Shown piece after piece: positions 6,950 to 16,800 of a stretch of 64,000 nucleotides of DNA. The position numbers and the translations under genes are program-made. The stretch's first letter is position 1; the number at the start of each line of letters is the position of its first letter. The DNA is from an uncultured Methanosarcinales archaeon. Its GTDB lineage: Archaea > Nanobdellota > Nanobdellia > Woesearchaeales > CAXGTL01. The stretch is taken from the NCBI GenBank assembly GCA_964645705.1, contig CAZYAB010000001.1, positions 16,749 to 80,748 on the forward strand. The letters are read 5' to 3'. The notes below the pieces were generated by a model. The model worked only from the letters and a program-made list of their open reading frames with translations, did not search any database and was not told the DNA's origin.

Positions 6950-9103
6950 ATGGCAAAAAAAAAACAAGGATTAGTACGAAGAATAGCTAGTGCAACAGCT
7001 CATAAAGTTGTTTCTTTAGCAAATGAATATGATAGTAGTGCACCAGCTCAAGAAGAAAAACCAAAGGAACCAGAAGAAGAATATGTTTTAAAACCTGAAG
7101 ATGTTTATTTCAAGATTGGCGATTCAGTTTATGGAACAACAGCTGCAACAAGAGATGTAAAGATAGGTTATGGAATGTGTATCAAAGGATTAGTTTATAC
7201 TGACGAGAGTATTGAACATATTAATGAATTAGAAGGTTCTCAAATTCTTAATGATCTAAAATCAAGTGTTATGTATAATTTTGTAGAAAATATTCTAAGA
7301 CATAAATTTTCAGGAGATAAATTAGATCCAACAGGAAGAGTACGTGCATTTCAATTACTAACTTATGGTACAAAAGTGGAAACTCCTTGTAAAGACTCAA
7401 AATTAGTTGATTTTTACAAAAATCAATTAAAGAAGAAAAAAGATACAGGACTTGTAATCATAGACGAAAGAACTGTTTATATGGATTTACTTAGAAAAAC
7501 TTACAGAGACGGATATGTAGAATTAGCTAGAGATAGATTAACAGAGATGTTAAAGGATACAGATTTATTAGATAATGAAGCATCTGTTGACGAAGCAGTT
7601 GCAATGGTCTATTCAGGACTTGATGACTCTCAAAAACAAAAATTAGCTAAAGGATTTAAAGAATCAGGAAAAGGACAAATAACTGAAATTACGCACGCTA
7701 TTGCAAGATTATTTTACATAGATCCTACAAAAGAATCAAAACCAACAAAAGAAATTGAAAGTAGAATAAAATCTAATCTTGTTAATGAAATGATAAGATC
7801 TTCAGTACAACCAACATTTAATGTAAAAGACAGATTACTGGCTCTTGCAAGTCTTTTCAAACAAGAAGAAGATAAAGCAGAGATTGATGCAAAAACATTG
7901 AAGAGATTTACTTCTGAAAAAGAATATCATATATTCGGTAATGAGGAACACTTTGATGCACCAACTTTAGAAGAAATGAGTAATGAAATTAATACTCACG
8001 TAAATCTAAAGATGATGCCTGTTGCAAGACAGATTGCATTACAGCAACAAGAACTCAAACAAAAATTGTTGTCTTATAGTGGAAAATCTGATGAACAATT
8101 GGGTGATCAAGAAAGAAAAGAAAAGCAAAGACTTGATGACGAAGCAAAGAAACTTAATGAACAACTTGAATTTGAAAAGGAAGCATATATTAAAACTCAT
8201 TTGGCTAGACTACAAACATTCATCAATGCAGAAGAAACAGTTGAAGTTAAAGATAAAGTAGAAAAAGGAAGAGCAGAATCAGCAATGGGTTTTAAAGATA
8301 CAAAAAGTAAGCTTAGAAGATACTCAGGACGTGCTGGTTTAGTAACTACATTGATATTATTGGGAGCAAGTGCTTGGTATTCTAAAACAGGCTTAGAATT
8401 AAATGAAACAAAATATATGAAAGGTCTTGGTCGTGCATCACCAACAGAAATCGCGTGGGCAATGTTTAGTGATCCTGAATTACCAGATACAATCAACCAA
8501 TACCTGTTACTTCAAGTTTCAGGCGCAACAGAAGCAATTGCAAGTAAAGTAGATGGTGTTACAACCACAATTGGAGACAAGGTTGACGGCGCAACAATAA
8601 CAATCGGTGAAAAGGTTGAAGGTGTAACAACTACAATTGGCGAGAAAGTAGAGGGTGTTACAACAACAATCGGTGAAAAGGTTGAAGGCGTTACAACCAC
8701 AATTGGAGACAAGGTTGATGGAGTTACAACAACAATCGGTGAAAAAGTTGATGGTGTCACAACTACAATTGGAAGTAAAGTTGATACAGCTGTTTCAGGC
8801 GTAGCAACATCAATTGGTGAAAAAGTAGATGGCGCTGTTTCAGGCGTAGCAACAACAATTGGAGATAAAGTTGATGAATATGCTGGAAGTGTTGAATCAA
8901 TCCAAGATAACATAGAAGCTGAAATACAAGCACAAATGAAAACAGTTGTTGACAGAATATCTGCTCTTGAATCAAAAGCACAATTAACACCTGCTGAAAA
9001 GAGTGAACTAGAAATGCTAAAACAGAATGTTGGTGGTCTTGTAAACACTGTAAACTATCTTAGAGACAAATTAAGACAAGTGAGAAAAGCCAACAGCAGA
9101 TAA
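6950..9103 (+). CDS. membrane-anchored coiled-coil protein with 11-residue tandem repeats (hypothetical)
   Basis: ATG at 6950 is preceded by GGAGGGG. A ~460-aa N-terminal soluble part is followed by one TM (GLVTTLILLGASAWY), then ~10 tandem 11-aa repeats (TIGEKVEGVTT) and a C-terminal coiled coil. No signal peptide. Confidence 0.6.
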   Translation: MAKKKQGLVRRIASATAHKVVSLANEYDSSAPAQEEKPKEPEEEYVLKPEDVYFKIGDSVYGTTAATRDVKIGYGMCIKGLVYTDESIEHINELEGSQILNDLKSSVMYNFVENILRHKFSGDKLDPTGRVRAFQLLTYGTKVETPCKDSKLVDFYKNQLKKKKDTGLVIIDERTVYMDLLRKTYRDGYVELARDRLTEMLKDTDLLDNEASVDEAVAMVYSGLDDSQKQKLAKGFKESGKGQITEITHAIARLFYIDPTKESKPTKEIESRIKSNLVNEMIRSSVQPTFNVKDRLLALASLFKQEEDKAEIDAKTLKRFTSEKEYHIFGNEEHFDAPTLEEMSNEINTHVNLKMMPVARQIALQQQELKQKLLSYSGKSDEQLGDQERKEKQRLDDEAKKLNEQLEFEKEAYIKTHLARLQTFINAEETVEVKDKVEKGRAESAMGFKDTKSKLRRYSGRAGLVTTLILLGASAWYSKTGLELNETKYMKGLGRASPTEIAWAMFSDPELPDTINQYLLLQVSGATEAIASKVDGVTTTIGDKVDGATITIGEKVEGVTTTIGEKVEGVTTTIGEKVEGVTTTIGDKVDGVTTTIGEKVDGVTTTIGSKVDTAVSGVATSIGEKVDGAVSGVATTIGDKVDEYAGSVESIQDNIEAEIQAQMKTVVDRISALESKAQLTPAEKSELEMLKQNVGGLVNTVNYLRDKLRQVRKANSR
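8553..8880 (+). repeat. 33-nt tandem repeat array (about 10 units) inside CDS
   Basis: Near-identical 33-nt units (acaac[at]acaattgg[ac]ga[ag]aa[ag]gt[at]ga[ag]gg[tc]gt…) encode the TIG[ED]KV[ED]GVTT repeats. Confidence 0.85.
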
Positions 9104-9172
9104 AATATTTTTTATTTTTCACTTTTTTATCTTTTTAATTTAAAAAAATGAGATCACCAAAAAACAAAAAAA

Positions 9173-11515
9173 ATGGAACAACAACAAGAACCAAAATTAG
9201 GTAAATATTTGGTTAGTTTTTTAGGTGATTACAAAATAGGGAAAAGTCTTCTTATGGTTTTACTTCTTTCAAAACTAGCACTCAAATCAAAACATCAAAT
9301 AGCAAACATATGTGATGAACATTCTTATTTGGAAAGCTATTATTATAAAGGAAGAAAAAAAATAAAAGAGGGCGCTTTTAAGTTCATTGGATGCGAGATA
9401 GATACTTCTCCTAGTTTTGCAAGATTATTTGGTAATTTCTATGAAAGGGGTAAAACATCAGAAGTAAATATTGAAGGAGCAAAGATTTACATAAATAAAG
9501 GATTAGAACAAGTATTAGACGAAATTGAAAACGGCGTTGTAATTACTAGTTTCAGTGGCGGAACTGCTTATGCAAATTATTTGAAAAAACCAGTCAATAC
9601 TATCAACTATGTTTTTTTAGATAGGGACGGTAAATCAGATGATGCACTTTTAGAATTATTAAATTTTCATTATGATGGTTTTTTGAATAAGATCTCAGAC
9701 ATCAATTCTTACGAACAAGAAGATAAAAAGAGTTTTATAAAGACAACACAAAGACTGATTCATCAAAAGTATGATGACACTTCTAATATAGGTTTTACCC
9801 AAACATTCAATGAAAGATCAAAAACATTGATTCAAGCATTTTTTATTTCAGAGATAAAGAATCATATGAAAATAAATAATAATCATGAACCTTTATCACA
9901 CATTATCAGAGATTATTTAGTAAATATTGATTCTAAAAATCTGAGTGAGAGTTCTGTTTTAACTCTGGACCAACTTCTTTTAAGAAAAGGATATGTGTCT
10001 GATGAATTCTTACATAGAACTTTGTCATCAATAAAAGAAATAAGAAAAAAAATAAAATGTAATGATTCTGTTGTTATAAAAGCGTTATTTGAAATGTCAA
10101 TGTCTCATTCATTATTAGAACAACATTTCGAAAACATATACTCTCATGATTTTAATAGAGTTATAGCAAGAAATACAGTTAGGTGTAATGAAAAATTTCA
10201 AAGATATAATGTGGATAATAGAACTAGAGTAAGTAGTAATGCACACAATCTTGCATTTTTCCTATTAGAAAAATTTCTTCCAAACAGAATTTCAGATATA
10301 TTTGAAATCATGAAACAAAAACATTATCATGATCATATAAAAAAGAATAATTATAATTTTTTAGTAGATGTATCAGAAGCAAATCAGGATTTAAGATATA
10401 TTTTTTCAAACACAATTCCTTTTTTATTAATAAGAGGATATTCAAAGAAAAACATAAGAGATATTGCTATGAAACTAAACATTGGTTTTGCAGATAATGA
10501 AAATAATGGATTTATAGATAAAGTAGGCATCATTAAAAAAAGATTATTTGAGGACCATGATTTTAGAAATCAATTGATTAGAGATTATGAATCACTTAGC
10601 GAAATTATAATGTCACAAATAAAACCATTTGGTGAAAATCAGTCTGCATTAGACCCTAAGTATAAGAAAATAGCCATTGATCATAATTCTTATAGCCTGA
10701 TCCAAACATTAGAATCGCCTGAACTAGAAGGTGAATTAGTATCAAACATCATGCACTTAAGATCTGTATTTGATCCCCACATATTCTTTTTTGGCGGAAA
10801 ATTAGATTTGTCTAAAGGTTCAAAAATCATGGCAAGAGATCTTCTGATTAGTCAATATTCAGAGATAGTGGATAAATTTGATTGGAAACCTAATTACATA
10901 GGAGAATTTGAATTCAATGAGGAATTAGAACTATTAACAGATGGACAAATTCCTATTTTTGAATGGTCGCCTGAGGAAAAAGACAATTTAGTTAAGAAAA
11001 TAGAAAATTACATGAAAACAATAAAGCAACAAGGTCATGAAAACCAAAAACAAGCAAATTATTCAGAAGAACAAAAGAAAACAAAATTAGTTTCTTTTCT
11101 AAAATCTTTTACAAAAAGAAACAAAGAAAAATTAAAACAACTTTCTCCTAGACAAAGGGAAGAAATTCGTATGAGGGCAATTAATCATTATAAAAATAAA
11201 TTAAAATCTATGTGTGATGAATATAAAAAGATTTTTATAGAACTAAATGACCAATTTGAAGAGTTATCTTTTATTCCTAATGTTGAGAATATTTTAGAAA
11301 TATTGTGTGGCACAATATATGAAATACACAATAGAAAAAATAAAATACAAAACCCTGAACAATTTGATTTTGAAACTTTTATTAAAGATCATTTAATAAA
11401 ATACAAAGAATTAGAAATGAGAATAAAACAACACTCTTATTCAAGATCACAAGAACAAAGAACAAAAGGAGTGTTAGGATATTTTAGAAAGACTGCTTCA
11501 CAACAAGCTCCATAA
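9173..11515 (+). CDS. large cytoplasmic hypothetical protein with N-terminal P-loop (Walker A) motif
   Basis: 780 aa, no TM. GDYKIGKS (G-x4-GKS) lies at residues ~18-25, and VFLDRDG could be a Walker B / G3 DxxG. The rest is helical with no known domain. Confidence 0.5.
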   Translation: MEQQQEPKLGKYLVSFLGDYKIGKSLLMVLLLSKLALKSKHQIANICDEHSYLESYYYKGRKKIKEGAFKFIGCEIDTSPSFARLFGNFYERGKTSEVNIEGAKIYINKGLEQVLDEIENGVVITSFSGGTAYANYLKKPVNTINYVFLDRDGKSDDALLELLNFHYDGFLNKISDINSYEQEDKKSFIKTTQRLIHQKYDDTSNIGFTQTFNERSKTLIQAFFISEIKNHMKINNNHEPLSHIIRDYLVNIDSKNLSESSVLTLDQLLLRKGYVSDEFLHRTLSSIKEIRKKIKCNDSVVIKALFEMSMSHSLLEQHFENIYSHDFNRVIARNTVRCNEKFQRYNVDNRTRVSSNAHNLAFFLLEKFLPNRISDIFEIMKQKHYHDHIKKNNYNFLVDVSEANQDLRYIFSNTIPFLLIRGYSKKNIRDIAMKLNIGFADNENNGFIDKVGIIKKRLFEDHDFRNQLIRDYESLSEIIMSQIKPFGENQSALDPKYKKIAIDHNSYSLIQTLESPELEGELVSNIMHLRSVFDPHIFFFGGKLDLSKGSKIMARDLLISQYSEIVDKFDWKPNYIGEFEFNEELELLTDGQIPIFEWSPEEKDNLVKKIENYMKTIKQQGHENQKQANYSEEQKKTKLVSFLKSFTKRNKEKLKQLSPRQREEIRMRAINHYKNKLKSMCDEYKKIFIELNDQFEELSFIPNVENILEILCGTIYEIHNRKNKIQNPEQFDFETFIKDHLIKYKELEMRIKQHSYSRSQEQRTKGVLGYFRKTASQQAP

Positions 11516-11529
11516 TAAGGTGAAAACAA

Positions 11530-12453
11530 ATGCATAAAACAAAAAACACAGATCAAAACAGCAATCAAAATAATAATCAAAACAGCAATCAAAATAATAA
11601 CCAAAATAATAACCAAAACCCTAATCAAAACAATTATTTTCATAAAATGTTGTTGTTAGCAGCAGGTATTGTTGCCGCAGGTTACATGTTTTTATGTCCT
11701 GTAAAATCATCAGCAGAAACAACTGAATCAAAAAAAACAATTGATGATGTTGTCAGAAGATTCACTGTAAAACAATCCCAAAAACAACAACCAAAAAAAC
11801 CAAATTATATTATTTTACGTGAACAAAGATATATTGAACTTTGCAATCTTATTTACCAAAGTTGGGATAAGATTTCAGAAAGAATAAATAGATTAGATAG
11901 AGAAAATAAAACAGATAAAAGAAATGATTCCGCAGCAGTTGATGAGTTGTCACAAGCAGAAGAGTATATTTCATTTGTTTCTAAAGAATCTGAACCAAAT
12001 TTTGATGATTTTAATCAAAGGGAATTAGTAAGAAGATTATTATTATTAGAAAAGGTTTACAATGCAAGACCCAAGGAAAAGAATTATTTTAGAGACAATT
12101 TTAGATTAGGTTATGGTGTTAAATGGAGAGAGGACCAAAATAGATGCATGATTACTTGGGGAAATGATGAATACAAATTCAAGTGGTCTGACAGAGACGG
12201 CAGTTATTTTATGAAGTGGGACACAGATGGCAACCCTATTTTTAGATTTTATAAAAAACAAAAAATTCATAGAAAACCAAAAACAGGATCATCATCTTCA
12301 TCTCAACAATCACAACAACAAGATCCTCAAAATCAAACACAAACACCTGAACAAGAGCCACAGCCAGAACAAGATCAAGAATTTCCTTCAGAAAATGGAT
12401 CAGGAGAAGGAAGTTCTGATGATTACACTGATTATTCGAATTTTGGTTTTTAA
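11530..12453 (+). CDS. secreted or membrane-anchored hypothetical protein with N/Q-rich N-terminus and acidic C-terminal motif
   Basis: AGGTGA lies 6 nt upstream of ATG. The N-terminus has (NQN) repeats, then a hydrophobic segment MLLLAAGIVAAGYMFLCPV. It ends …DQEFPSENGSGEGSSDDYTDYSNFGF. Confidence 0.5.
   Translation: MHKTKNTDQNSNQNNNQNSNQNNNQNNNQNPNQNNYFHKMLLLAAGIVAAGYMFLCPVKSSAETTESKKTIDDVVRRFTVKQSQKQQPKKPNYIILREQRYIELCNLIYQSWDKISERINRLDRENKTDKRNDSAAVDELSQAEEYISFVSKESEPNFDDFNQRELVRRLLLLEKVYNARPKEKNYFRDNFRLGYGVKWREDQNRCMITWGNDEYKFKWSDRDGSYFMKWDTDGNPIFRFYKKQKIHRKPKTGSSSSSQQSQQQDPQNQTQTPEQEPQPEQDQEFPSENGSGEGSSDDYTDYSNFGF
11563..11640 (+). repeat. short tandem nucleotide repeat (aatcaaaa[ct]a[gat]caat…) encoding NQN low-complexity
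   Basis: Repeats of caaaacagcaatcaaaataataa/ccaaaataataac are directly visible. Confidence 0.6.
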
Positions 12454-12671
12454 TCATTGAACCGAAAATATCACAAAAACAACAAAAAATTTAATGACCA
12501 CTATATAATACTAACATTGCGAAAGATTTATATATAATAATAGATTTACACAGTAAAAGTTTACCATAGTATAATAAAAGAGGTTCTAAAAGAGGTTTCA
12601 CAAATTTAATGTTATTAGGGGTGTTTAGATTTAGGTGATAGTGTAGATAGTATCATGTGGAGGGATATAAT

Positions 12672-13778
12672 ATGGAAAATAAAAAAACTTTTAGAACAAT
12701 AGGTGCTCTGGTTTTATCAGGAACAATGCTTTTTAATTCTGCTTTTGGATATGTGTCAAGAGCATTAGGTGTAGAACCATCTGGTGAAACTACAAGAACA
12801 GAACAAACAACTGAATATAGATTAAAAGGAAATGATAATATTGAATCATTTGTTAAAAATACTATAATGATTGAAGAATATAAGGAAACAAAGGATTTAA
12901 GTGGAATTTCTGTTGATTCATACATGGGCGCAATTCTTAATCAAGGTTTACTACCTTATCTTGAAGAAGGAGATGTTTCAGAAATGTATCTTGATGAGAA
13001 CTTAGATGCAACTGGTAATGGCAGATTAATTTTTGTTTCAGAAAGTGGAGCTCCAATATCTCCTATGCCAGTTAGTCCTGTATATTTCCCTGCTATTAGG
13101 CAAGGAATAATAGAATATGCAAAAAAAGCATTAGCACAAAATCAGAAACTAGATCCAGATGAAGCTATTAAAGATCCTAAATTTGTTGCAAAAGTGGAAC
13201 AAGATCTATTAGATTCAGTAGAAGAAACTAGAACAAATGAATCTGTGAAAACAAGACAAGCATTACTTAAAGAATACAATGAAGCTCTTGCTAGAGCAGA
13301 ACCAGTTATGTATAAAGGCGGAACAGCAGAAGAACCTGGAAAAGGTTCAACAAAACACAGAATCCTTAAATTAGATGGGGAAGGAAAACTGTATACAGAT
13401 AAAGCAAAAACACAATTAAATACAGATTATAGACAAGATGTAATTTCATTAGAAGATCTAGCAGATGCTGAAAAATTGATTGCAACAAAACCCAATCCAA
13501 ATAACATGAGTGATGAAGTACTTCAAGAAAACATCATTTTATTGAATGGTTCTCATGATGCAAGTGATACTGTTAATAAAATTTCTGCAGGTGCAATTGG
13601 AGGAGTACTAGGCGGTCTTTACTTCTTAACAAGAGACGGCGGATCAACACCAGGAACACCTGTAGAACAAGTTGATGAACCTCAAGGAGAAGATGATCAA
13701 GAATTCCCTGACAATACAGGAGAAGGAATTTCAGATGACGAAGACAGAACAACACTTGAAGAAGAAATTGGTTTTTAA
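12672..13778 (+). CDS. secreted hypothetical protein sharing a C-terminal motif with the upstream gene
   Basis: ATG 12672 is preceded by GGAGGG. Signal peptide MENKKTFRTIGALVLSGTMLFNSAFG. It ends …DDQEFPDNTGEGISDDEDRTTLEEEIGF. Confidence 0.55.
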   Translation: MENKKTFRTIGALVLSGTMLFNSAFGYVSRALGVEPSGETTRTEQTTEYRLKGNDNIESFVKNTIMIEEYKETKDLSGISVDSYMGAILNQGLLPYLEEGDVSEMYLDENLDATGNGRLIFVSESGAPISPMPVSPVYFPAIRQGIIEYAKKALAQNQKLDPDEAIKDPKFVAKVEQDLLDSVEETRTNESVKTRQALLKEYNEALARAEPVMYKGGTAEEPGKGSTKHRILKLDGEGKLYTDKAKTQLNTDYRQDVISLEDLADAEKLIATKPNPNNMSDEVLQENIILLNGSHDASDTVNKISAGAIGGVLGGLYFLTRDGGSTPGTPVEQVDEPQGEDDQEFPDNTGEGISDDEDRTTLEEEIGF

Positions 13779-13899
13779 TTTTTTTATTTTTTCATATTAA
13801 TAATACTATTATTATAATATAAGAAAAGAAAAAAAGAGGGAAAAAGAGGAAAAGCAAATCAAAATAAAAAATAAAACAAAATTCAGAGGTTATAAAAAA

Positions 13900-16800
13900 A
13901 TGAAAACAAAAAATATTTTATTTTTCATGTTCATAATGATCATGTTAGCATTAACTGCTTCTGGAGTCTTTGCAGCAGAATCAAGATTCACTGTTAAGAC
14001 AGCAGCAGTTGATAGAGATACAAGAGATTATATTAACCCTTGTAATATTAATCTTGGTGGTGTTGAAAAGATAGGTACACCTAATGCTAATTATGAAATC
14101 AATTCCAATACAGTTTATGCTGTTACACATTCAGCAGACGGTTATGAAACAGACACAGATTATATATTTCTTGATGAAAATTTAGATTCATGTGAAGGAG
14201 AAAACACAGGCGATATGTGTTATTTAACATCTTATAGTTCTTCTGATTCAGAATTCAATACTGTTTGCGAATTCAGTGCAGAATATCAAAGCTGGCTATG
14301 CGATGTAACAAATAATGGTAGAACAGAATCATACATCTATGCACAAGAACAAGGAGCTGTTGCATATGTTATCAATACATTATCACCAGTTGACCAAGAA
14401 AATCAACCACCTGTTGTTGATGTTGAAGCAACACCTTTAGAAGGAGAAGCACCTCTAGAAGTAACATTTACAATCGATGTAACAGATGATGAATCAATCA
14501 GCAGAGTAATGGTATTTTTTGGTGACGATACATCAACACTTGCACAAGAACAAAGCATTGTTATACACACTTATGAAAAACCAGGTATATATGAAGCACA
14601 AATAGTTGCTCATGATAATCAAGGTCTTCCAACAGAAGAAATAGTTGAAATAACTGTTTCAGAACAACCAGGAGCAGACACTTTCTTAGTAAAAACAGCT
14701 GCTGTTGATAGAGAAACAGACGAATACATAAATCCTTGTAATATTAATCTTGGAGGTGTTGAAAAAATAGGAACACCAAATGCTAATTATGAAGTAAATT
14801 CAAACACAGTTTACACTGTTACACACTCAGCTTCTGGTTATGAAACAGACACTGATTCTATTTATTTAGATTCTCATTTGATCTTATGTGAAGGAGAAAA
14901 TACAGGTGATGTATGTGAATTATCAAGTTATAGTTCTTCTGATATTAAGTTTGACACTGTTTGTGAATATAGTGCAGAAAGCCAAGGATGGTTATGTGAT
15001 GTAACAGATACAAGTAAGGACAAAACACAGTCATATATTTATGATCCATTCCAAGAAGGCAATGTTGTTTATGTCATAAATACATTAGCACCAGTTGATC
15101 CTGAAAATCAACCACCTGTGGTTAATGCTCAAGTACTTCCTTTAGAAGGAGATGCACCATTAAATGTTGGATTTACAATCGATGTAACAGACGACGAATC
15201 AATTAACCAAGTAATTGTATTTTTCGGAGATGGTTCATCTCAAGAAACAGATCCACAAGACTTTATAATACACACTTATACTCAACCAGGAACATATACA
15301 GCAGAAATAGTTGCTCATGACAATCAAGGTTTACCAACAATAGTTGAATATGAAATAACTGTAAATAGGGTTCAAGCATATCCTATTATTGTCAAAGCAG
15401 AAGCAAATCCGGCTATTGGAACAGCACCATTAGAAGTTACATTTTCAAATGAAGTAACAGATGATGGTTTTTTCAAAAAAGTAGAATGGGATCTTGGTGA
15501 TGGAACAAAAGTTATTGTTGATGCTGTTGCTGAATTCACTTATACTTATGAAAATGATGGAGATTATGTTGCGACTTTAACTGCAACTGATAATGAAGAT
15601 TTAACTGTTCAATCTGATGGAATATTTATTGAAGTTTTAGAATGGAATCCTCAAGCAAATGTTTATCCTTCTGTAACAATCCATTCACCACAACAAGGAG
15701 ATGTTGTGATTGGTGATCTTGATGTTAATGTGCAAATGTTAGATCCAGACGGAACAATTGATGAATATGCAATTGAATTATTAGATGAAAACGATGATTT
15801 TGTTAATTTATTATCTCATGGTCATCCTTATGAACAAGGTGTAATTTATTTTAATTCATTTGATTCAACAATTTTTGCAGATGGAAATTATAAAATAAAA
15901 GTTCATGCATGGGATAATGAAGGTGCACATACATCTGTTACATCAGGGTTGTTTGAGATAGACAATATAGCACCAAGTGAAAACACACCACCAGTACCTA
16001 AAATCTATGAACCTGATGAAGGTGAAGTATTTTCAGGAGATGAATCAATTGTTTTTGAAGTTTATGATGAACAAGGTGGAGACATAGAAATAGCATTAGT
16101 ATTAGAATATGAACCATCAGGTGAAAAAGATACATTATTACAAACAGTTGTAGAACTAGATCCTTATGAAGTTTTTGAATTTGATGAAGTATTCCAAACA
16201 GAATATTATCCAGATGGAATGTATACATTAAGATTATTTGCAACTGATGAAGATTATGAAAGAGAAGATCATGTTTTGTTTGAAATAGACAATTTCGAAG
16301 CAGAAGTTCATGTTGAATTCATACAACCACAAGATGGAGATGTAATCGATGGCATCTATGAAATACAATGGGATGCTTATGAGTATGAAGGAGCAGAACC
16401 AGTTGATGATGAACCTGCAAAAGAAGAAGATGAAGAAATAGATGAAGACGAAGTAGAAGAATTCTTAGAAGAATTAGCAGATGAATTAGAAGATGAATTA
16501 GATGATGAGTTTGGATTATTATTAACAGATGATTTCATAGAAGAAGTTGCAGAATATGTAGTAAATATTATGGAAGAAGTATTATATGATATAGATGATA
16601 TTGATGATCTAGAAGAAGTCTTAGAAGAATTTGCAGAAGAATTCTATGATGATCTAGAAGATGAGTTAGGAGATTTATTACCAGAAGAAACAATAGAAGA
16701 CATGACTAATTTAGTTATGGATGTGATTATTGATACACTTGATGATTATGAAGATATGTTTGATTATTTAGGAACATTTAATTCACCATCAACATATGCA

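Noticed and set aside
8553-8880. Possible CRISPR array (regular repeats)
   Set aside because: The units are contiguous 33-nt tandem repeats with no unique spacers. They are in-frame within a long ORF and there are no cas genes.
8197-9048. Antisense ORFs 8197..8496, 8512..9048 and 8763..8990 on the minus strand
   Set aside because: They lie entirely inside the 33-nt tandem-repeat region of the plus-strand gene. Their repetitive translations (TPSTFSPIVVV…) are a by-product of the repeat. They lack SD-like leaders and any motif.
9173-9700. FtsZ/tubulin-like signature SFSGGTAYAN in the P-loop protein
   Set aside because: It does not match GGGTG[ST]G. Only the Walker A is retained as evidence.
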